Positions 21,686-34,800 of a DNA stretch of 64,000 nucleotides are shown piece by piece. Source of the stretch: Nemertoderma westbladi (Eukaryota; Animalia; Xenacoelomorpha); contig JAUCBJ010002615.1 of assembly GCA_032718475.1 (NCBI GenBank), forward strand, positions 1 to 64,000, given 5' to 3'. Position numbers and translations under genes: made by a program. A model generated the notes under the pieces. It worked only from the letters and a program-made list of their open reading frames with translations. It was not told where the DNA came from and made no database searches. How positions within the stretch are numbered: the stretch's first letter is position 1; each line of letters opens with the position of its first letter.

Positions 21686-22835
21686 TTAATGTCATACCGT
21701 TGTAATAATTGGCTGTAGTTGGTGCTGTTGAATGGGGGCACCATCTGACCGTATAATGCATGGCAGACCTAGCAATTGAAAGTCACTGAGTAGCTGGTCC
21801 GCAATAATCTTAGAGGAAGTACCTGATTTCCGCAATCATGTACATTAGGCCATTTGGTAAATTCGTCAATAGTTGCAAGGAAGTGACGTCCGTGAACTTG
21901 GAAAAGGTCAGCATGAATCTTTTCTATTGGTCGGGTAGCAGGTTCGTGGTATTGTAAGGGTTCTCTGGCAAGTTACGGTCGGAATTCGGCGTAGTAACAT
22001 TCTCCACGGTATGCAGTATATCATATCATTACTGATTCCAGGCCACCAGACGGAGGTAGCTGCGCGCTTTTGTTTGTCCTTGATGTGATGAATAGTATTT
22101 CTAGAATACTAGATCTTTTAGATCTGGGAATAACAAGACGGTGTCCGAATAGTATGATGCCAGTGGTGTCAGTACAGAGTTCGGACCTGGCATGCCGGTA
22201 TGGTCGTAATTCATCCTCTAGTTTCATTTTATGTTCAGGGAATCCGATTTGAATGTAATGCTTTAAATGGCGGTGTATGGCATCACTGTCACCAGCTTGT
22301 CGGTTACGGTCTATCGAAATATTCGCAGGGGAACTGACATCTTGCTGGAGGACAGATGTAGCAATATTAATCATTGGGTCATGGTCTATGTCATATTCTG
22401 TTTGACAAAATTGTACCTTAGTAGGAATGAAGAGATTGCAAATCGTTCACATTCTTTCAATACTGTTTCACATCGCGGATGTGGTCTTCTACATTGCTGC
22501 TGACAATAATGATATCTTCGACCAAGTTATCTGCGCATGGCAAAGGTCAATAGCCTCAAATAGTCGGCGGTTATACTCATCGCTATCTGATGAGATCCCC
22601 ATGGGAATACGAAGGTAACGGTAGAGTCCACTGCCTGGCCTGAAATATGGGTCGAACTACTGTATAGCTCTATTGAGAGCTCGAAAGTCAACTGTTAACC
22701 TGATTTTAGTTTTCTCTTGTGGCTGTCGCTTTTTGAGGACAGCGACCATGGGAGATATCCACTCGGGGGCATCAATTACGGGTTCGATAACACCATCTTC
22801 ACTGAGTCAGATTTTACAATATCTCGCAAACGGCT

Positions 22836-25800
22836 AGCGATCAGTTTAGGAACATTGTTAATCAGCGATCAGTTTAGGAACATTGTTAATCAGCGATCAG
22901 TTTAGGAACATTGTTAATCAGCGATCAGTTTAGGAACATTGTTAATCAGCGATCAGTTTAGGAACATTGTTAATCAGCGATCAGTTTAGGAACATTGTTA
23001 ATCAGCGATCAGTTTAGGAACATTGTTAATCAGCGATCAGTTTAGGAACATTGTTAATCAGCGATCAGTTTAGGAACATTGTTAATCAGCGATCAGTTTA
23101 GGAACATTGTTAATCAGCGATCAGTTTAGGAACATTGTTAATCAGCGACCAGTTTAGGAACATTGTTAATCAGCGACCAGTTTAGGAACATTGTTAATCA
23201 GCGATCAGTTTAGGAACATTGTTAATCAGCGACCAGTTTAGGAACATTGTTAATCAGCGATCAGTTTAGGAACATTGTTAATCAGCGATCAGTTTAGGAA
23301 CATTGTTAATCAGCGATCAGTTTAGGAACATTGTTAATCAGCGATCAGTTTAGGAACATTGTTAATCAGCGATCAGTTTAGGAACATTGTAAACTAGCGA
23401 CCAGTTTGGGAACATTGTAAACCAGCGACCAGTTTAGGAACATTGTTAATCAGCGATCAGTTTAGGAACATTGTTAATCAGCGATCAGTTTAGGAACATT
23501 GTAAACTAGCGACCAGTTTGGGAACATTGTTAATCAGCGATCAGTTTAGGAACATTGTAAACTAGCGACCAGTTTGGGAACATTGTAAACCAGCGACCAG
23601 TTTAGGAACATTGTTAATCAGCGATCAGTTTAGGAACATTGTTAATCAGCGATCAGTTTAGGAACATTGTTAATCAGCGATCAGTTTAGGAACATTGTTA
23701 ATCAGCGATCAGTTTAGGAACATTGTAAACTAGCGACCAGTTTGGGAACATTGTAAACCAGCGACCAGTTTAGGAACATTGTAAACCAGCGATCAGTTTA
23801 GGAACATTGTTAATCAGCGACCAGTTTAGGAACATTGTTAATCAGCGATCAGTTTAGGAACATTGTTAATCAGCGATCAGTTTAGGAACATTGTTAATCA
23901 GCGATCAGTTTAGGAACATTGTTAATCAGCGATCAGTTTAGGAACATTGTTAATCAGCGATCAGTTTAGGAACATTGTAAACTAGCGACCAGTTTGGGAA
24001 CATTGTAAACCAGCGACCAGTTTAGGAACATTGTAAACCAGCGATCAGTTTAGGAACATTGTTAATCAGCGACCAGTTTAGGAACATTGTTAATCAGCGA
24101 TCAGTTTAGGAACATTGTTAATCAGCGATCAGTTTAGGAACATTGTTAATCAGCGATCAGTTTAGGAACATTGTTAATCAGCGATCAGTTTAGGAACATT
24201 GTTAATCAGCGACCAGTTTAGGAACATTGTTAATCAGCGATCAGTTTAGGAACATTGTTAATCAGCGATCAGTTTAGGAACATTGTTAATCAGCGATCAG
24301 TTTAGGAACATTGTTAATCAGCGATCAGTTTAGGAACATTGTTAATCAGCGATCAGTTTAGGAACATTGTTAATCAGCGATCAGTTTAGGAACATTGTTA
24401 ATCAGCGACCAGTTTAGGAACATTGTTAATCAGCGATCAGTTTAGGAACATTGTAAACCAGCGACCAGTTTGGGAACATTGTTAATCAGCGACCAGTTTA
24501 GGAACATTGTAAACCAGCGATCAGTTTAGGAACATTGTTAATCAGCGATCAGTTTAGGAACATTGTTAATCAGCGATCAGTTTAGGAACATTGTTAATCA
24601 GCGATCAGTTTAGGAACATTGTTAATCAGCGATCAGTTTAGGAACATTGTTAATCAGCGATCAGTTTAGGAACATTGTAAACTAGCGACCAGTTTGGGAA
24701 CATTGTAAACCAGCGACCAGTTTAGGAACATTGTTAATCAGCGATCAGTTTAGGAACATTGTTAATCAGCGATCAGTTTAGGAACATTGTAAACTAGCGA
24801 CCAGTTTGGGAACATTGTTAATCAGCGATCAGTTTAGGAACATTGTAAACTAGCGACCAGTTTGGGAACATTGTAAACCAGCGACCAGTTTAGGAACATT
24901 GTTAATCAGCGATCAGTTTAGGAACATTGTTAATCAGCGATCAGTTTAGGAACATTGTTAATCAGCGATCAGTTTAGGAACATTGTTAATCAGCGATCAG
25001 TTTAGGAACATTGTAAACTAGCGACCAGTTTGGGAACATTGTAAACCAGCGATCAGTTTAGGAACATTGTAAACCAGCGATCAGTTTAGGAACATTGTTA
25101 ATCAGCGACCAGTTTAGGAACATTGTTAATCAGCGATCAGTTTAGGAACATTGTTAATCAGCGATCAGTTTAGGAACATTGTTAATCAGCGATCAGTTTA
25201 GGAACATTGTTAATCAGCGATCAGTTTAGGAACATTGTTAATCAGCGATCAGTTTAGGAACATTGTAAACTAGCGACCAGTTTGGGAACATTGTAAACCA
25301 GCGACCAGTTTAGGAACATTGTAAACCAGCGATCAGTTTAGGAACATTGTTAATCAGCGACCAGTTTAGGAACATTGTTAATCAGCGATCAGTTTAGGAA
25401 CATTGTTAATCAGCGATCAGTTTAGGAACATTGTTAATCAGCGATCAGTTTAGGAACATTGTTAATCAGCGATCAGTTTAGGAACATTGTTAATCAGCGA
25501 TCAGTTTAGGAACATTGTTAATCAGCGATCAGTTTAGGAACATTGTAAACTAGCGACCAGTTTGGGAACATTGTAAACCAGCGACCAGTTTAGGAACATT
25601 GTAAACCAGCGATCAGTTTAGGAACATTGTTAATCAGCGACCAGTTTAGGAACATTGTTAATCAGCGACCAGTTTAGGAACATTGTTAATCAGCGATCAG
25701 TTTAGGAACATTGTTAATCAGCGACCAGTTTGGGAACATTGTAAACCAGCGACCAGTTTAGGAACATTGTTAATCAGCGACCAGTTTAGGAACATTGTAA

Positions 25801-28800
25801 ACCAGCGACCAGTTTGGGAACATTGTAGGAACTGGCGACCAGTTTAGGAACATTGTTAATCAGCGATCAGTTTAGGAACATTGTTAATCAGCGATCAGTT
25901 TAGGAACATTGTTAATCAGCGATCAGTTTAGGAACATTGTAAACTAGCGACCAGTTTGGGAACATTGTAGGAACTGGCGACCAGTTTAGGAACATTGTTA
26001 ATCAGCGATCAGTTTAGGAACATTGTTAATCAGCGATCAGTTTAGGAACATTGTTAATCAGCGACCAGTTTGGGAACATTGTAAACCAGCGACCAGTTTA
26101 GGAACATTGTTAATCAGCGACCAGTTTAGGAACATTGTAAACCAGCGACCAGTTTAGGAACATTGTTAATCAGCGACCAGTTTAGGAACATTGTTAATCA
26201 GCGATCAGTTTAGGAACATTGTAAACCAGCGACCAGTTTCGGAACATTGTTAATCAGCGATCAGTTTAGGAACATTGTTAATCAGCGATCAGTTTAGGAA
26301 CATTGTAAACCAGCGACCAGTTTAGGAACATTGTTAATCAGCGACCAGTTTAGGAACATTGTTAATCAGCGACCAGTTTAGGAACATTGTTAATCAGCGA
26401 TCAGTTTAGGAACATTGTTAATCAGCGACCAGTTTAGGAACATTGTTAATCAGCGATCAGTTTAGGAACATTGTAAACCAGCGACCAGTTTAGGAACATT
26501 GTTAATCAGCGATCAGTTTAGGAACATTGTTAATCAGCGACCAGTTTAGGAACATTGTTAATCAGCGACCAGTTTAGGAACATTGTTAATCAGCGACCAG
26601 TTTAGGAACATTGTAAACCAGCGACCAGTTTAGGAACATTGTTAATCAGCGATCAGTTTAGGAACATTGTTAATCAGCGATCAGTTTAGGAACATTGTAA
26701 ACCAGCGACCAGTTTAGGAACATTGTTAATCAGCGATCAGTTTAGGAACATTGTTAATCAGCGATCAGTTTGGAACATTGTAAACCAGCGATCAGTTTAG
26801 GAACATTGTTAATCAGCGACCAGTTTAGGAACATTGTAAACCAGCGACCAGTTTAGGAACATTGTTAATCAGCGATCAGTTTAGGAACATTGTTAATCAG
26901 CGATCAGTTTAGGAACATTGTAAACCAGCGACCAGTTTAGGAACATTGTTAATCAGCGATCAGTTTAGGAACATTGTTAATCAGCGATCAGTTTAGGAAC
27001 ATTGTAAACCAGCGATCAGTTTAGGAACATTGTTAATCAGCGACCAGTTTAGGAACATTGTTAATCAGCGATCAGTTTAGGAACATTGTAAACCAGCGAT
27101 CAGTTTAGGAACATTGTAAACCAGCGATCAGTTTGGGAACATTGTAAACCAGCGACCAGTTTGGGAACATTGTAAACCAGCGACCAGTTTAGGAACATTG
27201 TTAATCAGCGACCAGTTTAGGAACATTGTTAATCAGCGACCAGTTTGGGAACATTGTTAATCAGCGACCAGTTTGGGAACATTGTAAACCAGCGACCAGT
27301 TTAGGAACATTGTTAATCAGCGATCAGTTTAGGAACATTGTTAATCAGCGATCAGTTTAGGAACATTGTTAATCAGCGACCAGTTTAGGAACATTGTTAA
27401 TCAGCGACCAGTTTAGGAACATTGTTAATCAGCGATCAGTTTAGGAACATTGTTAATCAGCGACCAGTTTAGGAACATTGTTAATCAGCGACCAGTTTGG
27501 GAACATTGTAAACCAGCGATCAGTTTAGGAACATTGTTAATCAGCGACCAGTTTAGGAACATTGTTAATCAGCGACCAGTTTAGGAACATTGTTAATCAG
27601 CGATCAGTTTAGGAACATTGTTAATCAGCGACCAGTTTAGGAACATTGTTAATCAGCGATCAGTTTAGGAACATTGTTAATCAGCGATCAGTTTAGGAAC
27701 ATTGTTAATCAGCGACCAGTTTAGGAACATTGTTAATCAGCGATCAGTTTAGGAACATTGTTAATCAGCGACCAGTTTAGGAACATTGTAAACCAGCGAC
27801 CAGTTTGGGAACATTGTAAACCAGCGACCAGTTTGGGAACATTGTAAACCAGCGACCAGTTTGGGAACATTGTAAACCAGCGACCAGTTTGGGAACATTG
27901 TAGGAACTGGCGACCAGTTTGGGAACATTGTTAATCAGCGACCAGTTTAGGAACATTGTAAACCAGCGACCAGTTTGGGAACATTGTAAACCAGCGACCA
28001 GTTTGGGAACATTGTAAACCAGCGACCAGTTTGGGAACATTGTAGGAACTGGCGACCAGTTTAGGAACATTGTTAATCAGCGACCAGTTTGGGAACATTG
28101 TAAACCAGCGATCAGTTTAGGAACATTGTTAATCAGCGACCAGTTTAGGAACATTGTTAATCAGCGACCAGTTTAGGAACATTGTTAATCAGCGATCAGT
28201 TTAGGAACATTGTTAATCAGCGACCAGTTTAGGAACATTGTTAATCAGCGATCAGTTTAGGAACATTGTTAATCAGCGATCAGTTTAGGAACATTGTTAA
28301 TCAGCGACCAGTTTAGGAACATTGTTAATCAGCGATCAGTTTAGGAACATTGTTAATCAGCGACCAGTTTAGGAACATTGTAAACCAGCGACCAGTTTGG
28401 GAACATTGTAAACCAGCGACCAGTTTGGGAACATTGTAAACCAGCGACCAGTTTGGGAACATTGTAAACCAGCGACCAGTTTGGGAACATTGTAGGAACT
28501 GGCGACCAGTTTGGGAACATTGTTAATCAGCGACCAGTTTAGGAACATTGTAAACCAGCGACCAGTTTGGGAACATTGTAAACCAGCGACCAGTTTGGGA
28601 ACATTGTAAACCAGCGACCAGTTTGGGAACATTGTAGGAACTGGCGACCAGTTTGGGAACATTGTTAATCAGCGATCAGTTTAGGAACATTGTTAATCAG
28701 CGATCAGTTTAGGAACATTGTAAACTAGCGACCAGTTTGGGAACATTGTAAACCAGCGACCAGTTTAGGAACATTGTAAACCAGCGATCAGTTTAGGAAC

Positions 28801-31800
28801 ATTGTTAATCAGCGACCAGTTTAGGAACATTGTTAATCAGCGATCAGTTTAGGAACATTGTTAATCAGCGATCAGTTTAGGAACATTGTTAATCAGCGAT
28901 CAGTTTAGGAACATTGTTAATCAGCGATCAGTTTAGGAACATTGTTAATCAGCGACCAGTTTAGGAACATTGTTAATCAGCGATCAGTTTAGGAACATTG
29001 TTAATCAGCGATCAGTTTAGGAACATTGTTAATCAGCGATCAGTTTAGGAACATTGTTAATCAGCGATCAGTTTAGGAACATTGTTAATCAGCGATCAGT
29101 TTAGGAACATTGTTAATCAGCGATCAGTTTAGGAACATTGTTAATCAGCGACCAGTTTAGGAACATTGTTAATCAGCGATCAGTTTAGGAACATTGTAAA
29201 CCAGCGACCAGTTTGGGAACATTGTTAATCAGCGACCAGTTTAGGAACATTGTAAACCAGCGATCAGTTTAGGAACATTGTTAATCAGCGATCAGTTTAG
29301 GAACATTGTTAATCAGCGATCAGTTTAGGAACATTGTTAATCAGCGATCAGTTTAGGAACATTGTTAATCAGCGATCAGTTTAGGAACATTGTTAATCAG
29401 CGATCAGTTTAGGAACATTGTAAACTAGCGACCAGTTTGGGAACATTGTAAACCAGCGACCAGTTTAGGAACATTGTTAATCAGCGATCAGTTTAGGAAC
29501 ATTGTTAATCAGCGATCAGTTTAGGAACATTGTAAACTAGCGACCAGTTTGGGAACATTGTTAATCAGCGATCAGTTTAGGAACATTGTAAACTAGCGAC
29601 CAGTTTGGGAACATTGTAAACCAGCGACCAGTTTAGGAACATTGTTAATCAGCGATCAGTTTAGGAACATTGTTAATCAGCGATCAGTTTAGGAACATTG
29701 TTAATCAGCGATCAGTTTAGGAACATTGTTAATCAGCGATCAGTTTAGGAACATTGTAAACTAGCGACCAGTTTGGGAACATTGTAAACCAGCGACCAGT
29801 TTAGGAACATTGTAAACCAGCGATCAGTTTAGGAACATTGTTAATCAGCGACCAGTTTAGGAACATTGTTAATCAGCGATCAGTTTAGGAACATTGTTAA
29901 TCAGCGATCAGTTTAGGAACATTGTTAATCAGCGATCAGTTTAGGAACATTGTTAATCAGCGATCAGTTTAGGAACATTGTTAATCAGCGATCAGTTTAG
30001 GAACATTGTAAACTAGCGACCAGTTTGGGAACATTGTAAACCAGCGACCAGTTTAGGAACATTGTAAACCAGCGATCAGTTTAGGAACATTGTTAATCAG
30101 CGACCAGTTTAGGAACATTGTTAATCAGCGATCAGTTTAGGAACATTGTTAATCAGCGATCAGTTTAGGAACATTGTTAATCAGCGATCAGTTTAGGAAC
30201 ATTGTTAATCAGCGATCAGTTTAGGAACATTGTTAATCAGCGATCAGTTTAGGAACATTGTTAATCAGCGATCAGTTTAGGAACATTGTAAACTAGCGAC
30301 CAGTTTGGGAACATTGTAAACCAGCGACCAGTTTAGGAACATTGTAAACCAGCGATCAGTTTAGGAACATTGTTAATCAGCGACCAGTTTAGGAACATTG
30401 TTAATCAGCGACCAGTTTAGGAACATTGTTAATCAGCGATCAGTTTAGGAACATTGTTAATCAGCGACCAGTTTGGGAACATTGTAAACCAGCGACCAGT
30501 TTAGGAACATTGTTAATCAGCGACCAGTTTAGGAACATTGTAAACCAGCGACCAGTTTGGGAACATTGTAGGAACTGGCGACCAGTTTAGGAACATTGTT
30601 AATCAGCGATCAGTTTAGGAACATTGTTAATCAGCGATCAGTTTAGGAACATTGTTAATCAGCGATCAGTTTAGGAACATTGTAAACTAGCGACCAGTTT
30701 GGGAACATTGTAGGAACTGGCGACCAGTTTAGGAACATTGTTAATCAGCGATCAGTTTAGGAACATTGTTAATCAGCGATCAGTTTAGGAACATTGTTAA
30801 TCAGCGACCAGTTTGGGAACATTGTAAACCAGCGACCAGTTTAGGAACATTGTTAATCAGCGACCAGTTTAGGAACATTGTAAACCAGCGACCAGTTTAG
30901 GAACATTGTTAATCAGCGACCAGTTTAGGAACATTGTTAATCAGCGATCAGTTTAGGAACATTGTAAACCAGCGACCAGTTTCGGAACATTGTTAATCAG
31001 CGATCAGTTTAGGAACATTGTTAATCAGCGATCAGTTTAGGAACATTGTAAACCAGCGACCAGTTTAGGAACATTGTTAATCAGCGACCAGTTTAGGAAC
31101 ATTGTTAATCAGCGACCAGTTTAGGAACATTGTTAATCAGCGATCAGTTTAGGAACATTGTTAATCAGCGACCAGTTTAGGAACATTGTAAACCAGCGAC
31201 CAGTTTAGGAACATTGTTAATCAGCGACCAGTTTAGGAACATTGTTAATCAGCGACCAGTTTAGGAACATTGTAAACCAGCGACCAGTTTAGGAACATTG
31301 TTAATCAGCGATCAGTTTAGGAACATTGTTAATCAGCGATCAGTTTAGGAACATTGTAAACCAGCGACCAGTTTAGGAACATTGTTAATCAGCGATCAGT
31401 TTAGGAACATTGTTAATCAGCGATCAGTTTAGGAACATTGTAAACCAGCGATCAGTTTAGGAACATTGTTAATCAGCGACCAGTTTAGGAACATTGTAAA
31501 CCAGCGACCAGTTTAGGAACATTGTTAATCAGCGATCAGTTTAGGAACATTGTTAATCAGCGATCAGTTTAGGAACATTGTAAACCAGCGACCAGTTTAG
31601 GAACATTGTTAATCAGCGATCAGTTTAGGAACATTGTTAATCAGCGATCAGTTTAGGAACATTGTAAACCAGCGATCAGTTTAGGAACATTGTTAATCAG
31701 CGACCAGTTTAGGAACATTGTTAATCAGCGATCAGTTTAGGAACATTGTAAACCAGCGATCAGTTTAGGAACATTGTAAACCAGCGATCAGTTTGGGAAC

Positions 31801-34800
31801 ATTGTAAACCAGCGACCAGTTTGGGAACATTGTAAACCAGCGACCAGTTTAGGAACATTGTTAATCAGCGACCAGTTTAGGAACATTGTTAATCAGCGAC
31901 CAGTTTGGGAACATTGTTAATCAGCGACCAGTTTGGGAACATTGTAAACCAGCGACCAGTTTAGGAACATTGTTAATCAGCGATCAGTTTAGGAACATTG
32001 TTAATCAGCGATCAGTTTAGGAACATTGTTAATCAGCGACCAGTTTAGGAACATTGTTAATCAGCGACCAGTTTAGGAACATTGTTAATCAGCGATCAGT
32101 TTAGGAACATTGTTAATCAGCGACCAGTTTAGGAACATTGTTAATCAGCGACCAGTTTGGGAACATTGTAAACCAGCGATCAGTTTAGGAACATTGTTAA
32201 TCAGCGACCAGTTTAGGAACATTGTTAATCAGCGACCAGTTTAGGAACATTGTTAATCAGCGATCAGTTTAGGAACATTGTTAATCAGCGACCAGTTTAG
32301 GAACATTGTTAATCAGCGATCAGTTTAGGAACATTGTTAATCAGCGATCAGTTTAGGAACATTGTTAATCAGCGACCAGTTTAGGAACATTGTTAATCAG
32401 CGATCAGTTTAGGAACATTGTTAATCAGCGACCAGTTTAGGAACATTGTAAACCAGCGACCAGTTTGGGAACATTGTAAACCAGCGACCAGTTTGGGAAC
32501 ATTGTAAACCAGCGACCAGTTTGGGAACATTGTAAACCAGCGACCAGTTTGGGAACATTGTAGGAACTGGCGACCAGTTTGGGAACATTGTTAATCAGCG
32601 ACCAGTTTAGGAACATTGTAAACCAGCGACCAGTTTGGGAACATTGTAAACCAGCGACCAGTTTGGGAACATTGTAAACCAGCGACCAGTTTGGGAACAT
32701 TGTAGGAACTGGCGACCAGTTTGGGAACATTGTTAATCAGCGACCAGTTTAGGAACATTGTAAACCAGCGACCAGTTTGGGAACATTGTAAACCAGCGAC
32801 CAGTTTGGGAACATTGTAAACCAGCGACCAGTTTGGGAACATTGTAAACCAGCGACCAGTTTGGGAACATTGTAGGAACTGGCGACCAGTTTGGGAACAT
32901 TGTTAATCAGCGACCAGTTTAGGAACATTGTAAACCAGCGACCAGTTTGGGAACATTGTAAACCAGCGACCAGTTTGGGAACATTGTAAACCAGCGACCA
33001 GTTTGGGAACATTGTAGGAACTGGCGACCAGTTTGGGAACATTGTTAATCAGCGACCAGTTTAGGAACATTGTTAATCAGCGATCAGTTTAGGAACATTG
33101 TAAACCAGCGACCAGTTTGGGAACATTGTAAACCAGCGACCAGTTTGGGAACATTGTTAATCAGCGACCAGTTTAGGAACATTGTTAATCAGCGATCAGT
33201 TTAGGAACATTGTTAATCAGCGACCAGTTTAGGAACATTGTAAACCAGCGACCAGTTTGGGAACATTGTAAACCAGCGACCAGTTTGGGAACATTGTAAA
33301 CCAGCGACCAGTTTGGGAACATTGTAGGAACTGGCGACCAGTTTGGGAACATTGTTAATCAGCGACCAGTTTAGGAACATTGTAAACCAGCGACCAGTTT
33401 GTGAACATTGTAAACCAGCGACCAGTTTGGGAACATTGTAAACCAGCGACCAGTTTGGGAACATTGTAGGAACTGGCGACCAGTTTGGGAACATTGTTAA
33501 TCAGCGACCAGTTTAGGAACATTGTAAACCAGCGACCAGTTTGGGAACATTGTAAACCAGCGACCAGTTTGGGAACATTGTAAACCAGCGACCAGTTTGG
33601 GAACATTGTAAACCAGCGACCAGTTTGGGAACATTGTAGGAACTGGCGACCAGTTTGGGAACATTGTTAATCAGCGACCAGTTTAGGAACATTGTAAACC
33701 AGCGACCAGTTTGGGAACATTGTAAACCAGCGACCAGTTTGGGAACATTGTAAACCAGCGACCAGTTTGGGAACATTGTAAACCAGCGACCAGTTTGGGA
33801 ACATTGTAGGAACTGGCGACCAGTTTGGGAACATTGTTAATCAGCGACCAGTTTAGGAACATTGTAAACCAGCGACCAGTTTGGGAACATTGTAAACCAG
33901 CGACCAGTTTGGGAACATTGTTGGAACTGGCGACTAGTTTGGGAACATTGTAAACCAGCCACCAGTTTGGAAACATTGTAAACCAGCCACCAGTTTGGAA
34001 ACATTGTAAACCAGCCACCAGTTTGGGAACACTGTAAACCAGCGACCAGTTTGGGAACATTGTAAACCAGCGACCAGTTTGGGAACATTGTAAACCAGCG
34101 ACCAGTTTGGGAACATTGTAGGAACTGGCGACCAGTTTGGGAACATTGTAAACCAGCTACCAGTTTGGGAACATTGTAAACCAGCCACCAGTTTGGGAAC
34201 ATTGTAAACCAGCGACCAGTTTGGGAACATTGTAAACCAGCGACCAGTTTGGGAACATTGTAAACCAGCGACCAGTTTAGGAACATTGTAAACCATCGAC
34301 CAGTTTGGGAATATTGTAAACCAGTGACCAGTTTGGGAACATTGTAAACCAGCCACCAGTTTGGAAACATTCTAAACCAGCCACCAGTTTGGGAACATTG
34401 TAAACCAGCGACTAGTTTGGGAACATTGTAAACCAGCCACCAGTTTGGGAACATTGTAAACCAGCGACCAGTTTGGGAACATTGTAAACCAGCGACCAGT
34501 TTGGGAACATTGTAAACCAGCGACCAGTTTGGGAACATTGTAGGAACTGGCGACCAGTTTGGGAACATTGTAAACCAGCCACCAGTTTGGGAACATTGTA
34601 AACCAGCCACCAGTTTGGGAACATTGTAAACCAACGACCAGTTTGGGAACATTGTAAACCAGCGACCAGTTTGGGAACATTGTTAATCAGCGACCAGTTT
34701 AGGAACATTGTTAATCAGCGATCAGTTTAGGAACATTGTTAATCAGCGATCAGTTTAGGAACATTGTTAATCAGCGACCAGTTTAGGAACATTGTTAATC

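Larger units (their letters stand above)
18625..22832 (-). mobile_element. Old degraded Gypsy pol (RT and integrase remnants) with nested insertions
   Basis: Frameshifted minus-strand peptides: GVIEPV..PEWISPMVAV (~22740-22800); YRYLRIPMGISS..DEYNRR (~22560-22625); GIILFGHRLVIP; IHADLFQVHGRHFLATIDEFTKWP (~21845-21920); IRSDG; TSPRMPRTNGLAE (~20060-20100); GLIALRNS..APSDKLMGSRLR (~19315-19395). Confidence 0.85.
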
